A program made the position numbers and the translations under genes. Shown here piece after piece: positions 26,900 through 38,900 of a stretch of 64,000 bases of DNA (its first letter is position 1; every line of letters starts with the position of its first letter). The DNA is taken from assembly GCA_028826165.1 (NCBI GenBank), contig JAPDFW010000088.1, positions 186,001 through 250,000 of the forward strand. Reading direction: 5' to 3'. Below the pieces are notes generated by a model. It worked only from the letters and a program-made list of their open reading frames with translations, was not told where the DNA came from and searched no databases. This DNA is from Anaeramoeba ignava BMAN (lineage: Eukaryota > Protista > Anaeramoebae).

Positions 26900-28090
26900 A
26901 TTTTTTTAAAAAATATTTATTAATTTCATTCCACTTTTTTATTATTATATTTATTTATTAATTTTATATTTAATTTATTTAAAAAATATTTATTAATTTT
27001 ATTCCACTTTTTTATTATTTAATTTATTTATTAATTTTATATTTAATTTATTTAAAAAATATTTATTTATTTTATATTTAATTTATTTAAAAATATTTAT
27101 TAATTTTATATATTTTATTCCACTTTTTTATTATTTATTTTATTTATTAATTTTATATTTATTTTATTTAAAAATATTTATTAATTTTTATTCCACTTTT
27201 TATTATTTATTTTATTTATTTATTAATTTTATATTAATTTTTTTTAAAAAATATTTATTAATTTCATTCCACTTTTTTTTATTATTAATTTTATTTATTA
27301 ATTTTATATTTATTTTATTTAAAAATATTTATTAATTTTATTTATTAATTTATTTAGAAAATATTTATTAATTTTATATTTAATTTATTTAAAAATATTT
27401 ATTAATTTTTTATTCCACTTTTTTTATTATTTAAAATATTTATTAATTTCATTCCACTTTTTTTATTATTATATTTATTTATTAATTTTATATTTAATTT
27501 ATTTAAAAATATTTTATTAATTTTTATTCCACTTTTTATTATTTATTAATTTTATTCATTTTATTTTATTTATTAATTTTATTTTATTAATTTTATTCAT
27601 TTTATTTTTATTTAAAAATATTTATTAATTTTATTTATTAATTTATTTAGAAAATATTTATTTATTTTATTTATTAATTTCATTCCACTTTTTTTATTAT
27701 TTATTTTATATTTATTAATTTCATATTTAATTTATTTAAAAATATTTTATTAATTTTATTCCACTTTTTTTTATTATTTTATTTATTAATTTTATATTTA
27801 TTTTTTTTATTAATTTTATTTATTAATTTCATATTTAATTTTTTTAAAAAATATTTATTAATTTTATTCCACTTTTTATTATTATATTTATTTATTAATT
27901 TTATATTTAATTTATTTAAAAAATATTTATTAATTTTATTCCACTTTTTTATTATTTTATTTATTAATTTTATTTAGAAAATATTTATTAATTTTATTTA
28001 ATTTTTTTAAAAAATATTTATTAATTTTATTTTTAATTTATTTAAAAAATATTTATTAATTTCATTCCACTTTTTTATTATTTATTTTAT
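26900..28090. repeat. Expanded array of ATTCCACTTTTTT-containing AT-rich units downstream of tRNA-Phe copy 3
   Basis: More than a dozen TTCCACTTTT motifs; shorter versions of the array follow the other two tRNA copies at 4490-4700 and 9580-9680. Confidence 0.8.
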
Positions 28091-28169
28091 ATTTATTAAT
28101 TTTATTCCAATTTAAATCAAAAAGAAAAAAATAAATTAAAAAAGAAAAAAAGAATAAAAAAAAAATAAA

Positions 28170-28244
28170 TGGGAGTGGTGTGGATTGAACACACGACCCT
28201 TACATCTTCAGTGTAATGCGCTCCCAAGACTGCGCCACACCCCC
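28170..28244 (-). tRNA. trnF-GAA: tRNA-Phe (GAA), copy 3
   Basis: Reverse complement of 4323-4397. Confidence 0.96.
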
Positions 28245-29450
28245 TTATATATTTAATTATTTTTTTTTTTCTCTTCTTATTTTTTTTTTTTTAAAATTTA
28301 TATCTTTTATATTTATTATTTAAAATAAATTTTTTTTTTCTTTTTTTTTTAATTAAAATTTTAACTTAATAATTAATTTATATTTATTTTAATTTAATAT
28401 TTATTTTAATTTATATTTATTATTTTATAAATATTCTATTTAATTATCTTATTTGTTTTAATTTAATTTTTTGATTAAATTTTATATTAATTTATATTTT
28501 ATTCCACTTTTTTTAATTAAAATTTTAACTTAAAAATTAATTTATATTTATTTTAATTTAATATTTATTTTAATTTATATTGATTATTTTATAAATATTC
28601 TATTTAATTATCTTATTTGTTTTAATTTAATTTTTGATTAAATTTTATATTAATTTATATTTTATTCCACTTTTTTTTAATTAAAATTTTAACTTAATAA
28701 TTAATTTATATTTATTTTAATTTAATATTTATTTTTAATTTATATTTATTATTCTATAAATATTCTATTTAATTATCTTATTTGTTTTAATTTAATTTTT
28801 GATTAAATTTTATATTAATTTATATTTTATTCCACTTTTTAATTAAAATTTTAACTTAATAATTAATTTATATTTATTTTAATTTATATTTATTTTTAAT
28901 TTATATTTATTATTTTATAAATATTCTATTTAATTATCTTATTTGTTTTAATTTAATTTTTGATTAAATTTTATATTAATTTATATTTTTATTCCACTTT
29001 TTAATTAAAATTTTTTAACTTAATAATTAATTTATATTTATTTTAATTTATATTTATTTTAATTTATATTTATTTTTAATTTATATTTATTTTAATTTAT
29101 ATTTATTTTAATTTATATTTATTATTTTATAAATATTCTATTTAATTATTTTATTTGTTTTAATTTAATTTTTGATTAAATTTTATATTAATTTATATTT
29201 TATTCCACTTTTTTTAATTAAAATTTTAACTTAATAATTAATTTATATTTATTTTAATTTATATTTATTTTAATTTATATTTATTTTAATTTATATTTAT
29301 TTTAATTTATATTTATTTTAATTTATATTTATTATTTTATAAATATTCTATTTAATTATCTTATTTGTTTTAATTTAATTTTTCCTAAATAGAAAAAAAG
29401 CAAAACAAATCCACATTTTTTTTTTCATTTTTTTATTTACAAAAATAAAA

Positions 29451-32040
29451 ATGGCAACAGATTTAATTGAACTTATTATTGATGCAATAAAATGGTTTAA
29501 AGAACAATTTGATAACAAAGCAAAAGCAGGAAAAATAGTTATTCAAGTTCTTGGAAGAATAGATAGATTAACAAAAAACAATACAATTCTGTAAAAAGCA
29601 AAAAGGAAAAAAGAAAAAAAATTTTTTTATTTAATTTTTTTTTTGTTGTTATTTTAATTAATTTTGTTTATTAAAAAAAAAATAATAGCATTTCCTCAAA
29701 TGCAAATAATTCCACAAACAGAATTAAGTGAAAACCAAAAATATCGTTTTAAAATAAGTTGCGATAACTTACAAAAAGAAATGAATAAAACCAGTTTAAA
29801 TAATAAAAAAAGAGAATTAGTTCAAACAAAATTCAAATTTTTCCAAATAAGTTTTAAAAAAGCTTATCTTGATATATTAATTCAAAATCAAAAAAAAGAA
29901 GAAGAAAAAGAAATGAATTTAAATCAAAACTTAACAAAAAATCAAAAAAAAAAAAGAACAAGAAAAACAAAAAGAAAAACAAAAAAATTACTATCAAATT
30001 ATTATAAGTGTTTTTTATCAATTTTTAATTGAAGATCAAATTCAAAATCAAATTCAAAATCAAAATCAAAATCAAAATGAAAATCAAAATCAAATTGAAA
30101 ATCAAAGCAAAATCAGATTCAAAATCAAAATCAAAATCAAAATCAAAGCAAAAAATTTATTAATTTAACAAATTTGTTGGAAATATTGAAAGGATTATTT
30201 TTAACTGTAAGTAAATATGCTAAAAAAGGAGTATTTGCAAGATTAACATCTTCTTCTGGGTTTCTTGAAGATATTGAAGAACAAAACAACTTATTAGATC
30301 AATTAGAACATGATCTTAATTTAGAAGTTACTATTAAACAGAGGGTAGAATTACAAGAATTCAAAAAAACAATCAGCTCTACTCAATCTCCAAATCAAAT
30401 TATTCAACCAATTTCACAAAATATTATTCCAAAAGATAAAAATTCAAAAGATAATGAAGTAAAATTAGAAATATCAATTTAAAATTCATCTATTTATTTA
30501 TCTAAATTTATTTCATTTTTTAAAAAATGAAAATATTTCTTAAATTAGAAACCAAAATATCAATCATCAATTATTAATACTATCCAAAAAATGTTTTGTT
30601 TGAATGATAAAAGATTCACAACAGTTTCAGATATATTTGGGTTGTTTTTTATTTATATTTCAAATATTTATATTTATATTTATATTTATATTTATATTTA
30701 TATTTATATTTATATTTATATTTCAAATATTGATATTTATATTTATATTTATATTTATATTTATATTTATATTTATATTTATATTTATATTTATATTTAT
30801 ATTTCAAATATTTATATTTATATTTATATTTATATTTATATTTAGATTGATATTTATATTTATATTTTTATATTTTATATTTATATTTATATTTATATTT
30901 ATATTTATATTTATATTTTATATTTATATTTATAATTATATTTCAAATATTTATATTTATATTTATATTTCAAATATTTATATTTATATTTATATTTATA
31001 TTTTATATTTTATATTTATATTTATAATTATATTTATATTTATATTTATATTTATATTTATATTTATATTTTTGATTTATATTTATATTTATATTTATAT
31101 TTATATTTTTGATTTATATTTATATTGATATTTTTATATTTATATTTTATATTTTATATTTATAATTATATTTATATTTATATTTATATTTATATTTATA
31201 TTTATATTTATATTTATATTTCAAATATTTATATTTATATTTTTATTTTTCAAATTAAAAATTAGAAATGATAAACAATATGAAAATAAATCAATAACTT
31301 TAATTGAAGCTTTTGAATAACTTTAAAAACATCAATTAGAGAAAAAGCAGTAAAATTTTTTGAGATTTATGATACGTAATTTATTATTTCAAAAATCCAA
31401 AAATTAAAAATAAAATTAAATTAAAATCCAAAAATTTTAAAAATACAAATTTAAAAGAGATGATAATGAATTTCTTGATCGAAATGAATTATATGAAGCT
31501 TTCAAACAAATTTTAAATGTTACATTTTTTTTACAATTTTGGCTTTCTTACAAAAAACAAGAAAAAGATATAAGCAATTTATCTAAACATGAAATGAATA
31601 ACATTGAATTTCAAATCAAAGAATTAATTAATGAACAAAATATAATATCTAAAGTTCATGAAATATTTCAAGAATTACCAATAACTAAAAAAGAACAAGA
31701 AGGTGTGAAACTTGAAGATTTCAAAAATTATTTTATTTCTTATCCAAAAAATGAAATTTTGAAATATTTTGGAGATTTTGAAAATACTTTCTTTGAATGC
31801 TTTAAATCTCAATATGATTTTCTTTTTGAAGATACAAATTCAAATTCAAAATCAAAATCAAAATCAAAATCAAAATCAAAATCAAAATCAAAATCAAAAT
31901 CAAAATCAAAATCAAAATCAAATTCAAAATCAAAATCAAAATCAAAATCAAAATCAAAATCAAAATCAAAATCAAAATCAAAATCAAATTCAAAATCAAA
32001 ATCAAAATCAAAATCAAAATCAAAACCAAATTCAAATTAA
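29451..32040 (+). CDS. Short paralog A2: MLKL-like four-helix bundle, EF-hand domain, SK-repeat tail (frameshifts; 3' end uncertain)
   Basis: ATG at 29451 gives [28 protein letters not shown]; same exon series as A1; ends in (TCAAAA)n. Confidence 0.55.
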
Positions 32041-32944
32041 TCAAATTCAAAATCAAAATCAAAATCAAAATCAAAATCAAATTCAAAATCAAAATCAAAA
32101 TCAAATTCAAAATCAAATTCAAAATCAAATTCAAATTCAAAATTAAAATCAAAATCAAATTCAAAATCAAAATCAAAATCAAAATCAAAATCAAAATCAA
32201 AATCAAAATCAAATTCAAAATCAAAATCAAAATCAAATTCAAATTCAAAATCAAATTCAAATTCAAAATCAAAATCAAAATCAAAATCAAATTCAAAATC
32301 AAATTCAAAATCAAATTCAAATTCAAATCCAAAATCAAAATCAAAATTAAATTAAATTTAAATTCAAAATCAAATTCAAAATCAAAATCAAAATCAAATT
32401 CAAAATCAAAATCAAATTCAAAATCAAAATCAAAATCAAATTCAAAATCAAAATCAAAATCAAATTCAAATTCAAATTCAAAATCAAATTCAAAATCAAA
32501 TTAAAATTCAAATTCAAAATCAAAATCAAATTTAAAATTAAAATCAAAACCAAATTCAAATTAATCAAATTCAAAATCAAAATCAAAATCAAAATCTAAA
32601 TCAAAATCTAATTCAAATTCAAATTCAAATTAAAATTAAAATTAAATTCAAAATCAAAATTAAAATTAAAATTAAAATTAAAATTCAAATTCAAAATCAA
32701 ATTCAAATTCAAATTCAAATTCAAAATCAAAATTAAAATTCAAATTCAAAATCAAATTAAAAATCAAATTCAAAATCAAAATCAAAATCAAAATCAAAAT
32801 CAAAATCAAATTCAAAATTAAAATCAAAATCAAAATTAAAATCAAATTCAAATTCAAAATCAAATTCAAAATCAAAATCAAATTCAAATTCAAATTCAAA
32901 TTCTAAATCAAAATCAAAATCAAAATCAAATAAAAGAAATAAAT

Positions 32945-32999
32945 TTTTTTTCATTTTTTCATTTTTTCATTTTTCATTTTTTCATTTTTTTTCTCATAA
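32945..32999 (+). promoter_or_regulatory. Tandem TTTTTCATTTTT initiator-like elements upstream of the RPC2 ATG
   Basis: Five TCATTT copies within 55 nt of the ATG; the same sense-strand motif precedes most genes in the window. Confidence 0.6.
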
Positions 33000-35900
33000 A
33001 TGGATCAAGAAGTTAAATTGAAAAACACACATAATATTCTTAATGAATTAAGTCAACCAATTCAAACAGTTGAAGAAAAATGGAAATTATTACCTCTTTT
33101 TTTTAGAACAAGAGGATTATTAAAACAACATATCGATTCTTTTAATCATTTAGTTAATATCGATTTAAAAAAAATTCTTCAAGCAAATCAAAAAATTACT
33201 TGTAAATCTGATCCAACATTTTATATGAAATACTTGGATATTTTTGTTGGAAAACCCGAAATTCAAGATGAAGTAATAACTAGAGAAATAACACCTCAAG
33301 TAACCAATCTTAAAATTAAAATTAAAATTAAAATTCAAATCAAAATTAAAATTAAAATTAAAATCAAAATTAAAAATAAAATTAAAATTAAAATCAAAAT
33401 TGATATTAAAATCAAAATTAAAATTAAAATTAAAAATAAAATTAAAATTAAAATTAAAATTCAAATCAATATTAAAATTAAAATTAAAATTAAAATTAAA
33501 AATAAAATTAAAATTCAAATCAAAATTAAAATTAAAATTAAAATTAAAATTAAAATTAAAATTAAAATTAAAATTCATTTATAAAATTAAAATTAAAAAT
33601 TAAAATTCAAATTAAAATTAAAATTCAAATTATAATTAAAATTAAAATTCAAATTAAAATTAAAATTAAAATTAAAATTAAAATTAAAAATTCAAATTAT
33701 AATTAAAATTAAAATCAAAATCAAAATTAAAATTAAAATTAAAATTAAAATTAAAATTAAAATTAAAATTAAAATTAAAATTCATTTATAAAATTAAAAT
33801 TAAAATTAAAATTAAAATCAAAATTAAATTTAAAATTAAAATTAAAATTAAAATTAATATTAAAATTAAAATTAAAATTAAAATTAAAATCAAAAATTAA
33901 AAATAAAATTAAAATTCAAAATCAAAATTAAAATTAAAATTAAAATTAAAATTAAAATTAAAATTAAAATTAAAATTCATTTATAAAATTAAAATCAAAA
34001 ATTAAAATTAAAATTAAAATTAAAATTAAAATTAAAATTAAAATTAAAATTCATTTATAAAATTAAAAATTAAAATCAAAAATTAAAATTAAAATTAAAA
34101 TTAATAATTAAAATTCATTTATAAAATTAAAAATTAAAATTAAAAATTAAAATTAAAATTAAAATTAAAATTAAAATTAAAATTATAATTAAAATTAAAA
34201 TTAAAATTAAAATTAAAATTAAAATTAAAAATAAAATTAAAATTAAAATTAATAATCAAAATTAAAATTATAATTAATATTAAAATTAAAATTAAAATTC
34301 AAATTAAAATTAAAATTAAAATTAAAATCAAAATTAAAATTAAAATCAATATTAAAATTAAAATTAAAATTAAAATTAAAATTAAAATTAAAATTAAAAT
34401 TAAAATCAATATTAAAATTAAAATTAAAATTAAAATTAAAATTTAGCAATGCAGATTAAGAGATATTACTTATAGTGCACCTATATTAGTTAATGTTGAA
34501 TTTATCAGAGATAAAAAAGCATATATTAAAAAAAATGTGATAATTGGAAGATTACCAATTATGCTTCGAAGTGAAAAATGTATTCTTTATGGAAAAAGTG
34601 ATACTGAAATATCAAATCTTGGAGAATGTACACTTGATCCTGGTGGTTATTTTATTATTAATGGAGTAGAAAAAATTTGTTTAATTCAAGAACAATTATC
34701 AAGAAATAGAATTATTGTTGATCAAGATGGAAAAGGAATTATTAGTGCAAATGTTATTAGGTTGGGTTATATTTATTAAAATAATATTAAAATATTAAAA
34801 TAATTATTAAAATATTTATTAAAATATTTATTAAAATATTTATTAAAATATTTATTAAAATATTTATTAAAATATTTATTAAAATATTTATTAAAATATT
34901 TATTAAAATATTTATTAAAATAATATTAAAATAATATTAAAATAATATTAAAATATTTATTAAAATATTTATTAAAATATTTATTAAAAATAATATTAAA
35001 ATATTTATTAAAATATTTATTAAAATAATATTAAAATAATATTAAAATAATATTAAAATAATATTAAAATAATATTAAAATAATATTAAAATAATATTAA
35101 AAAATATTTATTAAAATATTTATTAAAATATTTATTAAAATAATATTAAAATATTTATTAAAAATATTTATTAAAATATTTATTAAAATATTTTATTAAA
35201 ATATTTATTAAAATATTTATTAAAATATTTATTAAAATATTTATTAAAATATTTATTAAAAATATTTATTAAAATAATATTAAAATAATATTAAAATAAT
35301 ATTAAAAATAATATTAAAATATTTATTAAAATAATATTAAAATAATATTAAAATAATATTAAAATAATATTAAAATAATATTAAAATATTTATTAAAATA
35401 ATATTAAAATATTTATTAAAATAATATTAAAATATTTATTAAAATATTTATTAAAATAATTATTAAAATAATATTAAAATAATTATTAAAATAATACTAA
35501 AATATTAAAATATTATTAAAATATTTATTAAAATATTTATTAAAATATTATTAAAATTTATTTAATAGTACAACACACGAAAGAATCAGTAGAACAAGTG
35601 TAATCCTCAAAAAATCTAAGTTATATCTCAAACATAATACATTTTCAGAAGCAATACCAATTGTAATAGCATTTAAAGCATTAGGAATACAAAGCGATCA
35701 ACAAATCATTCAATTAATTGGAACAGATAGTTTTATTTTAACCTCATTAAGTGCATCATTTCAAGAATCAATGAAACTTCAAATATTCACACAAAAACAG
35801 AGTTTAATGTACATTTACAAACGAACAAAAGGTTCAAAACCTGGAAGAAAACAAGTTCCAATATCATATGCACTTGATGTAGTAACAGGAGTTATTCTAT

Positions 35901-38900
35901 CACATATAAAGGCTGAAAACGGAGATTTGCGCATGAAAAGCATCACTTTAGCATTAATGGTTCGTCGTGTTTTAAAGGCAAATAAAGACATCAATTTTCT
36001 TGATGATAGAGACTATTATGGAAATAAACGGTTGGAACTTACTGGTCCTTTACTTGCCATTCTGTTTGATGATTTGTTCAAGAAATTCAATACTGAGTTG
36101 TCTCGTATTGCTGATGCTTCTTTATCCAAAAGAAACTTGGCTGCTCAGTTTGATATTGTTAAGTCTATTCGTATTGATACAATTACTAATGGTTTGGTTA
36201 GAGCTATTGCAACCGGTAATTGGACTCTGAAAAGATTTAAAATGGCAAGAGCTGGGATTACTCAAGTTTTATCTCGTTTATCTTACATTTCTTGTTTGGG
36301 TAAAAAAATTTCCAAAAAAAAAAAAATTTCAAATCATTTCAAATTAAATTCAAATTTAAATTAAAAAAAAAAGGAATGGTAACTAGAATCTCTTCACAAT
36401 TTGAAAAAACAAGAAAAATAAGTGGTCCAAGATCTCTACAAACAAGTCAGTTCGGGATTTTGTGTTGCTCCAAAGATACATCAATTTTAATGGATGATAA
36501 AATAAACACATGCTTTATAGATGATCTTTATTACAATCAAAAAAAAGACATTTCAATAATCACAGTAAACCCAAAATCCCTTGAAGAAAAAACATCCAAA
36601 ATCACGGAAAAGCAGCATTTTTATATCCATTCGTTAAAACAAAAACTATTCACAGTTAAAACGGTTACTGATAGAGAAATTTGTGTAACAGAAGATCATC
36701 CATTTCTCACAAAAAGGGGATTTGTCCAAGCCCAGCATTTAACTCACAATGATTGTGTTTGTATTAGACACACTTTGGAAAATCTTTCGAAAACTCAAAA
36801 CAAAACACATTTCGCTATCACTTCTGAAAAACAAATGCAAATCCAATTTCCAAATATTAACTTGAATTTGATAATCCAAAAACTTGATCAAATTAAATTG
36901 CTTCCTTTGGATAGTCAAAATGAAAAATTATCCATTTTAACAAGATTATTGGGAACTTTAATCTCCCGCGGAAATATCATATCGAAACAATTTAACCTAA
37001 AAATAAACCAACAAGTCGATCAAAATGATATCCATTTCATTTTTTGCATGGATTCAAGTCAAGATGCCTCTCAATTAATATCCGATTGCAAATCAATTGG
37101 ATTTTCAGATTCAATTTGGATCAAAGAAAAGGAAAAATCGAAAAATTTTCAACGAAGTTCCAACATCATTTGCAAAAATAACGCCTTGATTTATCTTTTA
37201 TTATCTCTTTTACATCCATTGGATATTATAAATATTCAGCAGAAAAATTCGCAATTTGCACAAATACCGAAATGGATTTTAGAATCAAGCAAGTTAATTA
37301 AAAGAGAATGGCTTTCGAGCGTTCATGGCTATTTTGTGGAAAGTGATCTGGTTCAAAATGGGATATTCAAAAGAAATTGTGCAAGCCAAAGTTTTGCGAA
37401 AAATTTCATCTTACAACAAATACTTCTTTTCAGAGAATTTGGGATTGAAACAACAGAAGAAATGTATTCATCAAATTTATTATTTCTTCCAAAAGATTCT
37501 TTCTTAAATTACTGGAAAAAAATTGGTTTCCGTTATTGCTTCTTTGCAGAACAGAATGCGAGAATAACGGGAGAGTTTTTGCTTTATTATAGACATTTAA
37601 AAAGCAAGAGTGAAGTCACAGAAGAAAAAGCAATTGAAAAATTCCGTTTAAATTTTAAATTTGAAAACGGGATGATTTTTGTCCCCGTTGACAGCATATC
37701 TCCTGAAACAAAGGTGAAGGAGGTTTATGATCTAACAACACAAAGCATCAATCACACATTTGTTGCAAATGGGTTTGTGACGCATAATTGCCCTTCTGAC
37801 ACTCCTGAGGGCGAGAGTTGCGGACTTGTGAAAAATCTTGCGCTTCTTTCTCACATCACAACAGACTCTGAAGAAGAGCCTGTGTTTAGAGCAGCCCTTA
37901 TGCTAGGCATTGAAGAAGTTGATTTTCTTTCGGGAGAAGAATTATCATCAGGAGAAGCAACTGTAATCTTTCTTAATGGGCGTATAATTGGGATACATCG
38001 AAAACCGCTTATTTTTATATCGCAATTTCGCATTTTGAGAAGATGGGCTCAAATTGCCGAATTTGTTTCAATTTTCTTCAACGAGAAGAAGAACTTTATC
38101 GAGATATCATGTGATGGAGGAAGATTATGCCGTCCTCTTATCATAGTTGATAAAAACGGAAAGCCAAGAATCACAAAGGAGCATATTCAACAGTTGTCAC
38201 AACCACTTGAAAATATTGAAGATCGCCAGAACTTTTTTGGCAAAGTGAAATATTCGAAATCAATATTCAAATATTTTCTTTCGAATGGGATACTTGAATA
38301 TTTGGATGTGAATGAAGAAAGTAATTGCAATATTGCTCTTTATGAAAACTTAATAATTCCTGGTGTAACAACTCATCTTGAAATTGAACCATTGACTATT
38401 CTTGGGATTTGTGCAGGAATCATCCCTTTTCCTCATCATAATCAATCTCCTAGAAACACTTATCAATGCGCTATGGGCAAGCAAGCTATGAGTATTTTGG
38501 CGGAAAATGAATTGACTCGTGTTGATTCCGCTCTTTATTATTTGTGTTATCCTCAAAAGCCTTTAGTAAGAACTAAGGCTTCCGATTTATTTAGATTTGA
38601 TCGTTTACCTGCTGGTCAGAATGCGATGATTGCTGTTATGAGTTATTCTGGTAGAAAATCAAAAATTTAATTTAGAATCTTAATCAAAAATTTAAATCAA
38701 AAATTTAATTTAAAATCAAAAATTAATTTAAAATCAAAAATTTAAATTAAAATCAAAAATTAAATTAAAAATTTAATTTAAAATCAAAAATTTAAAATCA
38801 AAAATTTAATTTAAAATTTAATTTAAAATTTAATTTAAAATCAAAAATTAAGGTTATGATATCGAAGATGCAGTCATTTTAAATAAATCTTCTTTGGATC

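Larger units (their letters stand above)
4870..32930. repeat. Large inverted segmental duplication: left arm about 4870-16890, right arm about 20410-32930, unique spacer about 3.5 kb
   Basis: Mirror gene order A1(-), tRNA(+), B1(-) | B2(+), tRNA(-), A2(+). ORF 9873-11255(-) is near-identical to the end of ORF 24713-26731(+), and introns and flanks are also shared. Confidence 0.92.

Noticed and set aside
4870-32930. Inverted arms as terminal inverted repeats of a Maverick/Polinton or DNA transposon
   Set aside because: No integrase, transposase, polymerase or capsid gene is visible; the arms consist of intron-containing genes and tRNAs.
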